Positions 20,806 to 30,817 of a stretch of 64,000 nt of DNA are shown piece by piece. The stretch covers positions 2,272,001 through 2,336,000 of the forward strand of contig OZ255836.1 in NCBI GenBank assembly GCA_965277715.1. The letters are read 5' to 3'. Numbering within the stretch: position 1 is the first letter of the stretch; every line of letters starts with the position of its first letter. The position numbers and the translations under genes are program-made. Source of the DNA: Gammaproteobacteria bacterium (lineage in GTDB: Bacteria; Pseudomonadota; Gammaproteobacteria; JBCCGL01). The notes below the pieces were generated by a model. The model worked only from the letters and a program-made list of their open reading frames with translations. It did not search any database and was not told the DNA's origin.

Positions 20806-21903
20806 TTAGTCTGATGGGTCAAGCGCTCGACAATCTTCCACATTCCAACCGATATTAACGGTATCACCCTTCTGAAGGTGCGCATGAGCGGCTGAATTGG
20901 GAATTTTTACAATAAAATCGTCGTGACCACAGACCGTGAAACGGGTTCGTATATGATCACCCAGGTAAATCAGCTCTTCAGCTTTACCCGAAAAAATATT
21001 TGGCAGGGAACCCGTCTCCGGGTTGACTATCACGCGTTCCGGGCGCAACGATAAGGTACTACGGCTACCCACGCCGCCAACGTTGACTTTTTTGGCTTCG
21101 ACAACACCGGCATTGTTATCGATATCGACCTTAACACTTTCGCCCAGATCCTCGATCACATTGCCTAGCAGGCGATTGTTTTCGCCAATAAAATTGGCAC
21201 AGAACGCATTTTCGGGGCGTTCATAGAGGTCTCCCGGTGGTGCGCACTGTTGGATGATGCCATCATCGAAAACCGCGATACGGTTAGACATGGTCAGTGC
21301 TTCACTTTGGTCGTGGGTGACGTAGACGACGGTCAATCCGAGGTTTTCATGGATATGCTTAATTTCATACTGCATTTGTTCGCGCAGGTTCTTATCGAGC
21401 GCACCCAGTGGTTCGTCCATGAGTACCAGGTCAGGGTCAAACACCAACGAACGGGCAACCGCAACGCGCTGTTGTTGACCGCCCGATAACTGTGCGGGAC
21501 GACGATCACCAAATGCGCCGAGTTGTACCATATCCAATGCACGTTTGACGCGGGACTCACGTTCACTCTTATCCATTTTGCGCACTTCGAGTGGAAAAGC
21601 CAGGTTCTCAGCTACTGTCATGTGTGGAAAGAGCGCGTAGTTCTGAAACACCATGCCAATGCCGCGTTTGTGCGGGGGCACCTTATTGATTGGGTTTTCT
21701 TTGAGGTAAATCTCCCCATGTGTCGCCGGTTCAAAGCCCGCGAGCATCATCAAACAGGTTGTTTTACCTGAGCCAGATGGCCCAAGCATAGTGAGAAACT
21801 CACCCTGGGCAACGTCCAGGTTTAGATTTTTGACAACTAATGACTCTCCATCGTAGCTTTTCTGAATATCTACGAATCGAACAAGGGGTTTGTCACTCGA
21901 CAT
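20806..21903 (-). CDS. Polyamine-type ABC ATPase (PotA-like)
   Basis: GPSGSGKT, LSGGQQQR, MDEPLGALD, TOBE-like tail. Confidence 0.93.
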   Translation of the reverse strand: MSSDKPLVRFVDIQKSYDGESLVVKNLNLDVAQGEFLTMLGPSGSGKTTCLMMLAGFEPATHGEIYLKENPINKVPPHKRGIGMVFQNYALFPHMTVAENLAFPLEVRKMDKSERESRVKRALDMVQLGAFGDRRPAQLSGGQQQRVAVARSLVFDPDLVLMDEPLGALDKNLREQMQYEIKHIHENLGLTVVYVTHDQSEALTMSNRIAVFDDGIIQQCAPPGDLYERPENAFCANFIGENNRLLGNVIEDLGESVKVDIDNNAGVVEAKKVNVGGVGSRSTLSLRPERVIVNPETGSLPNIFSGKAEELIYLGDHIRTRFTVCGHDDFIVKIPNSAAHAHLQKGDTVNIGWNVEDCRALDPSD

Positions 21904-22286
21904 AGTGTTTATATCTCAACTCTTGGCTCAGTCTTCTGGCTCAATTTTTTGGAAGTTAGTAATCTTATGTATCCGGTTTTTAAACGCAGAACTAAAGATT
22001 TTCCGCAGCCTCCTCAGAACTGCAGGTGCACTCGCACCTGAGAACCATATCATCTTGGCCACTAAAATCAATAGCTAAGAGGCTGTCAAACGCAGGCGAT
22101 CAGTACAGGTTTCAACTATTCTGCTAGAAGAACCACAGCACTGTGAATAGAAAATGAATCTGACTTCAGTTAGTTTTTAGTTTATTTATGAGGGTTATCA
22201 GTTTTCAGTCCCAGGTGCGACGTTGTATTAACCATTCGCACAACATCAGTCATTTTTTATCGTTGACGCCATGGGGTTTTTTGATG

Positions 22287-22775
22287 TTATAGAGAGCCTT
22301 CAAATTGACAATGGTAGGAAATAACTTCTCCGCGCACACTGGCAATATTGCTTTGAACACGGGTTGCAATCAATGTTTCAACCTTAAAATTGAGTGCAAA
22401 CGTCCAGCTTTCGGTGGAAAAAGGGTTCGATGCCGAGGTGACAAAGATCAAACTGTTGCGCGTATGTGATCGGATTTTAAGTAGGTTGTGTGGTTTTTCG
22501 GTGGTGCTGATCTCGATACTGGGACCTTTTTCGCCAACTGGCAGCCAATCGAATCTAAGCTTGGATTTTCCATCAGCAAACGTTTCGGCAAATAACCATT
22601 CTGAAAACCGTGATTTGGCGTCTTCGCTTTGACTCGCCGAACTTGCTCCCCGATGCTTACCAAGCGTATTGGATTCCTCACTGATGCAGGTGATGCTATT
22701 GGCAATTTTGGGATTGGCTGCTGTGGCGATGACTGGAGATAAACATAGGCACAGGCAGATTAATTGCAGTTTCAT
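22287..22775 (-). CDS. Hypothetical exported protein (about 162 aa)
   Basis: ATG at 22775 after an AGGAGG RBS; signal peptide MKLQLICLCLCLSPVIATAA; no family recognised. Confidence 0.7.
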   Translation of the reverse strand: MKLQLICLCLCLSPVIATAANPKIANSITCISEESNTLGKHRGASSASQSEDAKSRFSEWLFAETFADGKSKLRFDWLPVGEKGPSIEISTTEKPHNLLKIRSHTRNSLIFVTSASNPFSTESWTFALNFKVETLIATRVQSNIASVRGEVISYHCQFEGSL

Positions 22776-23011
22776 CAAAGCCTCCTGTTGAACGGTGTGA
22801 TCGAATAAGTCAAGCCAGTATATACCCATATCACCATGAAGAAGATCCTTCCGGGGGTATTTGCGCACAGAAAAACCGCCCTTTCCTGGAAAGTATAACG
22901 CTACCCTGCACGACTGAAGCCCCCTAAAGTATGTGAATAAACACTTGCTCAAAAAACCCTTCCCGGCCTATATTTCCTCCCCCGGCCACCAGACACCACC
23001 TGCCACAACGA

Positions 23012-24040
23012 ATGAATGACACTTCTGCTCAAAGCACGCCGGTTTGTTATACGTTTTTGCTGGTGCCCGGTTTTTCAATGATCGCTTTCGCGGCAGCGGT
23101 CGAACCGTTGCGCATGGCTAATCGGGTCAGTGGCAAAACACTCTACCAGTGGACGGCGGTGTCTGTCGATGGCGAGCCGATATCTGCCAGCAACGGGCTC
23201 AGTATCACCCCCGATACAGAAATGTCTGATATCAACACTTGTGATGGGCTGTTTGTGTGCAGTGGTGTGGATATCTACGACGTGGATATTAAGCCCTATA
23301 CTGCGCCTATCAAACGTTTTGTCACGATGAAAGTACCACTGGGGGCGCTATGCACTGGCGCTTACATTCTGGCGCGTATCGGCCTGCTCAACGGTTACCG
23401 CAGCACTATCCACTGGGAGAGCCTGGCCAGCCTGCGCGAGGAGTTCCCCGCCATTATTGTCTCCAGTGAGCTGTTTGAGATCGACCGCGATCGCTTTGTC
23501 GCTGGCGGCGGCACCGCACCACTGGATATGATGCTGCATCTCATCAGCCAAAAACACGGCAATGATCTGGCCGTCAATATTTCAGATATGTTTACCTGCG
23601 AACGCATACGCGGGCGCCACGACCGCCAGCGCATGCCTTTGCAACAACGCCTTGGGTCACGCCAGCCGAAACTGATTGAGGCGGTGTCATTGATGGAGGC
23701 CAACCTCGAAGAGCCAATGAGCCTGGACGAACTGGCCCGCCATGTGGGTGTATCACGCAGGCAACTGGAGCGCATCTTTCAAAAGCATCTGCAGTGCGTG
23801 CCGACCCGCTACTATCTTGAGCTGCGCCTACAGCGCGCACGCCAACTGCTGCTGCAAACCAGTATGTCTATTGTCGATGTAGCCTTTGCCTGTGGGTTTG
23901 TCTCCGCCCCGCACTTCAGCAAGTGCTACCGCGATTGCTATGGCATTCCACCACGCGATGAACGGCGTTTGCGCAACTCAGCCCACCCCGATATACCTAT
24001 TATCGACGCGCCCCCGAAACGTAACGGGATTCAAACTTAA
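23012..24040 (+). CDS. GlxA/GbdR-type AraC regulator (DJ-1 domain plus HTH)
   Basis: EPLRMANR, CTGAY, TIHWE, MEANLEEP, RQLERIF, FSKCYR. Confidence 0.92.
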   Translation: MNDTSAQSTPVCYTFLLVPGFSMIAFAAAVEPLRMANRVSGKTLYQWTAVSVDGEPISASNGLSITPDTEMSDINTCDGLFVCSGVDIYDVDIKPYTAPIKRFVTMKVPLGALCTGAYILARIGLLNGYRSTIHWESLASLREEFPAIIVSSELFEIDRDRFVAGGGTAPLDMMLHLISQKHGNDLAVNISDMFTCERIRGRHDRQRMPLQQRLGSRQPKLIEAVSLMEANLEEPMSLDELARHVGVSRRQLERIFQKHLQCVPTRYYLELRLQRARQLLLQTSMSIVDVAFACGFVSAPHFSKCYRDCYGIPPRDERRLRNSAHPDIPIIDAPPKRNGIQT

Positions 24041-24124
24041 CCGGGTTTAAAATTGCCAACCCAGTAGCGGTGTAATAGTATTCACGCCCGTTAATTTAGC
24101 CGCCCTGTTTGGCAGACGCATACC

Positions 24125-24943
24125 ATGACCCACACTCACACCCCCATTGAGTCGATACCCGACGTACAGAGCTATACTGACCAACGGCATATCGGTATCA
24201 ACCGGGTCGGTATCCGCGATATTCGCCACCCGGTTAGTGTGGTTGACCGCAGTGGTGTGATACAAAATACCGTGGCGCGCTTTTCCATGTCGGTACGCCT
24301 GCCAGAGGATCGCAAAGGCACGCATATGTCGCGTTTCTCACAACTGCTCAACGAGCACGATCACGCCGCCCATTCAGTGAAAAATTTCGAGAGCCTGTTT
24401 GCCCAAATGAACCGGCGCCTGGATAGCACCGCAGGCACTATTGAGATGACATTCCCCTACTTTATCAGCAAGCAGGCGCCGATAAGCGGTGTACATGGCA
24501 TGCTTGATTACCAGGTAACCCTGCGCTCAGATGTGCGCGTGGAAAAGCAAACTGATACATCAGTCAAAGTGGTAGTGCCGGTTACGTCACTGTGTCCGTG
24601 CTCCAGGGAAATCTCCGACTACGGCGCGCACAACCAGCGCTCGCATATCACCATAGATGTACGTATCAGTGAACCGGTATGGATCGAAGAGTTGATCGAT
24701 ATCGCCGAACGGGAGGCATCCAGCGAGTTGTACAGCCAGTTAAAGCGCGCCGATGAGAAGGTGGTTACCGAGCGCGCCTATGACAATCCCAAATTTGTCG
24801 AGGATTTAATCCGGGATGTCGCCCAACACTTAAACAGCGATGCACGTATTCGCGCCTACACGCTGGAAGTGGAAAATTTTGAATCGATTCACAACCACTC
24901 GGCCTACGCGATGATTCAACACGATAAGGATACCTCCGTCTAA
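24125..24943 (+). CDS. folE2: GTP cyclohydrolase IB
   Basis: [40 protein letters not shown]. Confidence 0.96.
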   Translation: MTHTHTPIESIPDVQSYTDQRHIGINRVGIRDIRHPVSVVDRSGVIQNTVARFSMSVRLPEDRKGTHMSRFSQLLNEHDHAAHSVKNFESLFAQMNRRLDSTAGTIEMTFPYFISKQAPISGVHGMLDYQVTLRSDVRVEKQTDTSVKVVVPVTSLCPCSREISDYGAHNQRSHITIDVRISEPVWIEELIDIAEREASSELYSQLKRADEKVVTERAYDNPKFVEDLIRDVAQHLNSDARIRAYTLEVENFESIHNHSAYAMIQHDKDTSV

Positions 24944-24960
24944 AACAGACTGCGCGCCGC

Positions 24961-25725
24961 CTACCTCACCTCACCAAACCATTCACTGCAATGCGACTGC
25001 GATAACACCGAAACCCGTGCAGCGCCATCCGGCAATACGTTGGCGATGGCTGTCAGCGCTTTCTTTGGGGTATTATTTTTATCACTGAGGTGTGCAAGTA
25101 AAATAAATTCCAGCGCACTGTGATCAATCGATGCCAGCAGGCAGGCCGCCTGGCGATTTGACAAGTGTCCATAGCGCCCACCGACGCGGGCCTGTAATGT
25201 AGGTGGGTAGGGGCCATTGCGCAGCATATCTTCGTCGTGATTGCACTCCAACACCAGCCCATTGACTGTGTTTACACTGTCGATAACGTGTGGGGTAACC
25301 GTGCCCAGGTCGGTCAATACAGCCAGCTTGTAATTATCTGAGGCAATCACAAACTGACAAGCTTCAGCCGCATCGTGTGGTACAACAAAGGGGTGTAACT
25401 CAAAGCAACCGATGGAGAATTTTTGCGCCGCAGAGAAAAAACGCAGATCGGCAATACGCTTATCACGGGCGCGTCGCCAGGTGCCACGTGTCATCCATAC
25501 AGGTAGATTAAAACGCCGCGCCAAAGGTGCGACGCCCGCGAGATGATCGCTGTGCTCGTGAGTGACAACAATACCCAGTAAATCGGTTGGGTGCATAGCG
25601 AGTTGTTCAAGGCGGCGTACTGTCTCTTTAATGGTGAGGCCGCAGTCGAGTAAAAACGCACTCCCACCCTGCTTGATAACAGCCGCATTGCCACTGCTGC
25701 CGCTGCCTACGCACGCGTAGTTCAA
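24961..25725 (-). CDS. MBL-fold metallo-hydrolase (YycJ/WalJ-like)
   Basis: GSGSSGNA, THEHSDH, VPHDA, LECNHD, GHLSN, AHLS. Confidence 0.92.
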   Translation of the reverse strand: MNYACVGSGSSGNAAVIKQGGSAFLLDCGLTIKETVRRLEQLAMHPTDLLGIVVTHEHSDHLAGVAPLARRFNLPVWMTRGTWRRARDKRIADLRFFSAAQKFSIGCFELHPFVVPHDAAEACQFVIASDNYKLAVLTDLGTVTPHVIDSVNTVNGLVLECNHDEDMLRNGPYPPTLQARVGGRYGHLSNRQAACLLASIDHSALEFILLAHLSDKNNTPKKALTAIANVLPDGAARVSVLSQSHCSEWFGEVR

Positions 25726-25743
25726 GATAGGTGTCTTAAAAGT

Positions 25744-26856
25744 CTAAATAAGCTGTAAACGCATCGCATCAAGGATGGCGTGCTCTTCCTCAGGGTGCAG
25801 CGCCTCGCCATTTGCATCGCTAAGCGTCACATAAGTACCGTTTGACTGTTCATTCAAATACACTTGGTAGCCCTTAATATTGTCACTTGAATCAAAAAAA
25901 CCGAAAACACGGCCGAAAAACCCCTCATCCTCTTGGGACGCCTCTACCAGGTGAAATGCACCCGCGTAGCTCACCTGATAGCGTGCCGTATTAATATCTT
26001 CATCTTCGATATAAAAATTCAGATTCTCCAATACAACCGACACCTTGGGCCAGGCCAGGGCAAAGGGTTCAGCGATGAATAATGCCGATTCCTGTTGATC
26101 GTTTTTCACAATGTAAGCCGGTGATTCAAGCTGCACCACTTCGACATCACTGAGCACACCTTTGGCCCGCTGTACATCAATACCGAGGTACACCATCAAA
26201 CGGGTTAACAGTCTCGCCTCTAGCTCAGGATTTCGCCCCACATCCTGCCATTCATACTCGCCATCCTCCTCCCGAGGATTGGCGGTTTCGATAGCCTGCT
26301 CAGAAATTTCCCGGTGAGTAACAAACAGGCGGGTCGACATATCACTATCCCGCTCAAAGCGAAAAACATAACTGGTGAGCGATGAAGAGGGGGTTAACAC
26401 CGCCAGCGCATCGCTAAAAAAACCTGAAATACCCGACTGTGGCACAGCAATTTTATCCTCTGCCCAGGTGGTTTCCATATAACCAGACAGGGGTTCATTC
26501 TTACTGAGCACATACCCTTCCCGAAAAATAAACTCCCGCACTTGTGGCCAGAGTTTCTCTACTTCAACCGACAGTGCCAGCCAACTCAAATCACCTTCGC
26601 GCATAAAGCGCACTTCCTCTATCTCTGGCAGCAGGGTATTACGCTGGATTTTACTGCTATCAATACCAGATACAACAAACTCACCACTTTTGTCTGGCGC
26701 GGCAAGATCGGGGGGTACCTCTAATTCCTCTGCGCTTTGGGCGCGCTGGTATTGCACCTCGGGCCGGTCATCCGAATAGAACGCGCTACAGGCAGCCTGG
26801 CCGAATAGAACAGACATACCAAGTACCAGCAGGGGAAGTTTAAGCAGTGGTTTCAT
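25744..26856 (-). CDS. bamC: Outer-membrane assembly lipoprotein BamC/NlpB
   Basis: Lipobox-like AAC, LEVPPDL, METTW; upstream of the MBL gene as in the usual synteny. Confidence 0.8.
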   Translation of the reverse strand: MKPLLKLPLLVLGMSVLFGQAACSAFYSDDRPEVQYQRAQSAEELEVPPDLAAPDKSGEFVVSGIDSSKIQRNTLLPEIEEVRFMREGDLSWLALSVEVEKLWPQVREFIFREGYVLSKNEPLSGYMETTWAEDKIAVPQSGISGFFSDALAVLTPSSSLTSYVFRFERDSDMSTRLFVTHREISEQAIETANPREEDGEYEWQDVGRNPELEARLLTRLMVYLGIDVQRAKGVLSDVEVVQLESPAYIVKNDQQESALFIAEPFALAWPKVSVVLENLNFYIEDEDINTARYQVSYAGAFHLVEASQEDEGFFGRVFGFFDSSDNIKGYQVYLNEQSNGTYVTLSDANGEALHPEEEHAILDAMRLQLI

Positions 26857-27032
26857 AAATAATTAACGTCACGAATGAAATTTACCCTAATTAGATTTAC
26901 ATGCCAGTGAGCTTATATTTTATATTTTTAGCATCGTGCACCAGCGCGCCGCAATGGTACTTGGCAGCACTGGTAATAACAAGCGGTCAGGGGTTACTGG
27001 GTTGCAAGCTAGTACACCGTCTAACTTATATT

Positions 27033-27204
27033 GACGGGTTCAGGGCTGCTCTACTGCGGAAAAACCGATTTGGCCCTTTTTTGCGCACCCTTTTTTGCAT
27101 AACATTTCGTCAAGTAGCACCACTATTCTCCCCAATAGTGCGTAAAAAAAATGACTCAAATCGGTCTTTCCCTCGCTACGAGCACCTAAGCCCGACAGGC
27201 TCCT
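27033..27204. repeat. Palindromic MITE-like element, second subfamily
   Basis: Nested inverted repeats (ccgatttg/caaatcgg, cactatt/aatagtg). Shares ctactgcgg and ccctcgctacg with the 47876 element; right end cctaagcccgacaggctcct. Confidence 0.7.
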
Positions 27205-27375
27205 GATATGCATTAACTTGCAACCAATTGTTCCAGAACGCTTTTTTCTGGAACAATTATTGGCTAATGCATCAGACATCATGTATTGACTTGTGTGCAA
27301 GTTAATACATGGGGTCTAGGTTTCGCCACAGAGAATGTATAAACTCGCCACTTCCAACCGGAAAATTCAATATTC

Positions 27376-27870
27376 GTGGAGTTCTCTGTGAGTAATAGTG
27401 AATTGAGCACTATCGAAATAGGCGTGAAAATCCCGCCAATCGCATTGCCCGCCACAAGTGGGCAAACGATCAACCTGGCCGATTTTATAGGTCAATCCAT
27501 CGTATTGTATTTTTACCCCAAGGACAGCACCCCAGGCTGTACGACGGAAAGCATCGACTTCACCACACACTACGCCGACTTTACCGCAGCGAACTGCGTT
27601 ATTTTTGGCATTTCCCGTGACAGCCTGAAAAGCCACGAAAAATTCAAAGCCAAATACGCCATGCCGTTTGAGCTGTTATCCGACGCCGATGAAAACGTTT
27701 GCCGATTGTTCGATGTCATTAAGATGAAGAATATGTACGGAAAACAGTACGAAGGCATTGAGCGAAGCACCTTTCTTATCGACGCTAATGGAGTATTACA
27801 GCGCGTATGGCGCAAGGTGAGGGTAAAGGAGCACGTTGCGGAGGTGTTGGCAGCCGTACAATCGCTATAG
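27376..27870 (+). CDS. bcp: Peroxiredoxin Bcp/PrxQ
   Basis: LYFYPKDSTPGCTTE, ERSTFLID. Confidence 0.95.
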   Translation: MEFSVSNSELSTIEIGVKIPPIALPATSGQTINLADFIGQSIVLYFYPKDSTPGCTTESIDFTTHYADFTAANCVIFGISRDSLKSHEKFKAKYAMPFELLSDADENVCRLFDVIKMKNMYGKQYEGIERSTFLIDANGVLQRVWRKVRVKEHVAEVLAAVQSL

Positions 27871-27889
27871 AGGATATTGGCGAAGGTTG

Positions 27890-28945
27890 CTATACCTTGG
27901 CCTGCCGTGGCCAGGCGTTTAACACCGCCTGTACCAGCGTTGCCAGTGGGATAGCAAAAAACACCCCCCAGACGCCCCACAGACCACCAAAAAACAATAC
28001 CGCGACGATAATCGCAATGGGGTGCAAATTGACCACCTCTGAGAACAACACGGGCACCAGTACATTGCCGTCGAGGATCTGAATAATCGCATAGGCCAAT
28101 AGCAGGTAACCAAACTGTGGATCAACCCCCCACTGAAAAAACCCGATCAACGCAACGGGAACGGTCACGGCCACCGCCCCAACAAACGGAACAATGACCG
28201 ATATCCCCACCAAAAAACTCAGCAGCAAGGCAAAATTTAGCCCCATAAAGGCAAATGTCACAAAAGTAACCGCCCACACGATGAGTATTTCAATGAATTT
28301 TCCACGGATATAGTTGGCGATTTTAATATCGACTTCACGCCAGACCCGATCGATCAACTCGCGCTGCCTGGGGGCAAAATTAGCCGCCCAGGCCAACAGT
28401 GCCTGTTTGTCTTTGAGGGCAAAATACACCATCAATGGCACCAGTACTGTGTAGAGGGCAAAGGCAAAAATATTCACCGCATTAGCCAGCGAAAATGACA
28501 GAAACGCCTGACCAATCGAGCCGACACCTGAGCGCACTGTATTGATCAAATCGTTTATTTGTTCGGCACTCACCACCGACGGATACGCCGCTGGCAACCG
28601 CTGTAGTGCATCCTGACCGGTGGCGATCATGGCCGGAAACGCCCTGATAAGTTCTGCGAGCTGACGCCACAACAAAGGCACCAGACCAAATACCAACACC
28701 ATAAAAAATACAAAAAACAATAGCAGTACAACCGCCGCCCCCAATGAACGCGGCACGTTGATCCTTTCCATTGCCGACACCAGACCCTCCAGCAAATAAG
28801 CGAGCAATACCGCCAACAGCACCGGGGCCAGGATGTCGCCAAGCAGCAGAATGCCCAGCAATGCCAGCGCCAGCACAATCGCCAGTATTACCACCTGTGG
28901 GTCAGAAAAGTGCCTTTTATACCAATTGTTTATTACACTGAACAT
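27890..28945 (-). CDS. perM: AI-2E family transporter PerM
   Basis: YIRGK, DGNVLVPVLFSE, LHPIAII; adjacent to bcp. Confidence 0.9.
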   Translation of the reverse strand: MFSVINNWYKRHFSDPQVVILAIVLALALLGILLLGDILAPVLLAVLLAYLLEGLVSAMERINVPRSLGAAVVLLLFFVFFMVLVFGLVPLLWRQLAELIRAFPAMIATGQDALQRLPAAYPSVVSAEQINDLINTVRSGVGSIGQAFLSFSLANAVNIFAFALYTVLVPLMVYFALKDKQALLAWAANFAPRQRELIDRVWREVDIKIANYIRGKFIEILIVWAVTFVTFAFMGLNFALLLSFLVGISVIVPFVGAVAVTVPVALIGFFQWGVDPQFGYLLLAYAIIQILDGNVLVPVLFSEVVNLHPIAIIVAVLFFGGLWGVWGVFFAIPLATLVQAVLNAWPRQAKV

Positions 28946-28961
28946 ATGTTTTTATCTTGGG

Positions 28962-29873
28962 TTATTTGCCATCATTCACTTCACAGTAATCGCGCGCAAA
29001 ATCGTATAGCCTGTCCATCAGGCGCGTGCGAAACTGCTGCCTTTGGCGCACAAATGAGAAACTGCGTTCGAGGGGCGGATCCAATGGAATGGCACACAGT
29101 ATGCCAAGACGCAACTCCTTTTCAATGGTCGCCAGGGAAACGACTGAAATACCCATACCCGCCTCCACAGCGCCTTTAATCGATTCAGTGCTACCCATTT
29201 CAAGCTCGTTATTGAGATCACTCTCCTGGTAGCCCTGAGCTTGCAGATAATCACAAAACACCCCCCGCGTACCCGATTCCGCCTCGCGAAAAATAAAGGG
29301 ATGGTTCAACAGCTCGGCACAGGGCACCACAACCTGACCGGCCAGTGAGTGTTTGTTGGACACGATTGCCACCAGCTTATCCACCCGGCACGGTTCCACC
29401 AATAAGTGTTTATTGGTAACCGCCCCCTCTACGATACCCAGGTCGATTGTATTATCCTCAACCATGGTCACAATGCCCTCGGTGTGGGTGACTTTCAAAC
29501 GGACACCGGCACCGGGGTAGACACGTTTAAATTCACCGAGCATCGCCGGTAGCATATATTCAGCGATGGTAGTGCTGGCGCCCACGATAACCGTGCCACT
29601 GCTGTCACCCGTCATCGATTTGATCGACTCATTCATTTCATTGTACAAGTCGAGAATGCGCCCACTGTAAGCAAATACCTCATCGCCGGCACGGGTTAGG
29701 CTGACTTTATTGTGTGTACGGTCAAATAGGCGGGTGGCAAACGTCTCCTCTAACTGGCGCACCTGAAAGGTCACCGCAGGTTGTGTCATATTCAGTTCTT
29801 CCGCTGCTTTTGTAAAACTCAGCAGCCTGGCAACTGTATAAAATACTTCCAGACGACGATCAGACATTATCAA
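28962..29873 (-). CDS. LysR-family regulator (CysL-like)
   Basis: SFTKAAEELNMTQPAVTFQ HTH; GASTTI, RE..SGTR, IKGAVEAG. Confidence 0.92.
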   Translation of the reverse strand: MIMSDRRLEVFYTVARLLSFTKAAEELNMTQPAVTFQVRQLEETFATRLFDRTHNKVSLTRAGDEVFAYSGRILDLYNEMNESIKSMTGDSSGTVIVGASTTIAEYMLPAMLGEFKRVYPGAGVRLKVTHTEGIVTMVEDNTIDLGIVEGAVTNKHLLVEPCRVDKLVAIVSNKHSLAGQVVVPCAELLNHPFIFREAESGTRGVFCDYLQAQGYQESDLNNELEMGSTESIKGAVEAGMGISVVSLATIEKELRLGILCAIPLDPPLERSFSFVRQRQQFRTRLMDRLYDFARDYCEVNDGK

Positions 29874-30174
29874 CCTCTACAGTCAGGCAGGGACGGTGGC
29901 CACGACAGCAAAACAGCGATACTGCAAACAAATTGATTTTCACTTTATTTATTATCTGCCCCTCATTTAGCTGCTTCAGGAAACACCGAAAAACGTTTAC
30001 CGAAAAACGCTTACCGATAGTAAACTATTTTTTTGCCGGAAAGCGGACCAACTTCACCGGGTGGGAAGCGATCACCCATCACATTGACAGAAACGTTTGT
30101 ATTAGGGTACACATCGCATACTATTCAGATACAATCGTCACCCTAAATCGGGCCTATTCAGAGTCACTATAAAC

Positions 30175-30708
30175 ATGAAACGTGTTGATTTACCCCCCAG
30201 ACAATGTAGTACCAGCAGTAACCCTTCCCCCCTTTCAGTTCGTGCACAAGGTTATTTCAATACCGCATCAACGCTATTTGCCGTTGTATTATTACTCAGC
30301 TCAACCGCTATTGAAGCCAAAATCTACAAATGGATCGACAGCGATGGCATTACCCAATACACGCAGTCGCCACCGCCAGAAGATGTAAGCAGCGAAGAAA
30401 TTCCCACGCAAACCTATGATGCTGAAGCCGCCGCCCAATCGAAACAGGCACTGCAAAAACGCATAGATGCGCTAAACCAACGGCGTGACGATAAAAAACA
30501 GGCGAAAAATAAAGATGAAAAAACCAGTGAAGAACAAAAGGAACGGGAAAAATACTGTGAAGTGGCAAAACAGCGCCTCGCCGAATTCCAAACTGGCCGA
30601 CCGTTGGCTCAAGAGCAGGCCGATGGCAGCTTTGTCCGCATGACCGAGGAACAGCTAGCCGCACAAATAGCCACAGTGCAGGAAAAAATTACAGAGCTAT
30701 GCAACTAA
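30175..30708 (+). CDS. DUF4124 domain protein
   Basis: IYKWIDSDGITQYTQSPPP after a hydrophobic leader; start uncertain. Confidence 0.85.
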   Translation: MKRVDLPPRQCSTSSNPSPLSVRAQGYFNTASTLFAVVLLLSSTAIEAKIYKWIDSDGITQYTQSPPPEDVSSEEIPTQTYDAEAAAQSKQALQKRIDALNQRRDDKKQAKNKDEKTSEEQKEREKYCEVAKQRLAEFQTGRPLAQEQADGSFVRMTEEQLAAQIATVQEKITELCN

Positions 30709-30723
30709 CCCGGGTAGGTTCGC

Positions 30724-30740
30724 CTACTGCGGAAAAACCG
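30724..30740. repeat. 17-bp core of the MITE-like family
   Basis: ctactgcggaaaaaccg is identical to 27051-27067. Confidence 0.65.
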
Positions 30741-30817
30741 GTGTTGTACCAACCGACACAAGCGACATCGACCACTGATCTCTACACCTGACTACATAAG
30801 TAAAAAAACAACTCACT

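Noticed and set aside
24070-24086. Zur box upstream of folE2 (gtgtaatagtattcac)
   Set aside because: Too many mismatches compared with the clear boxes at 6139-6183.
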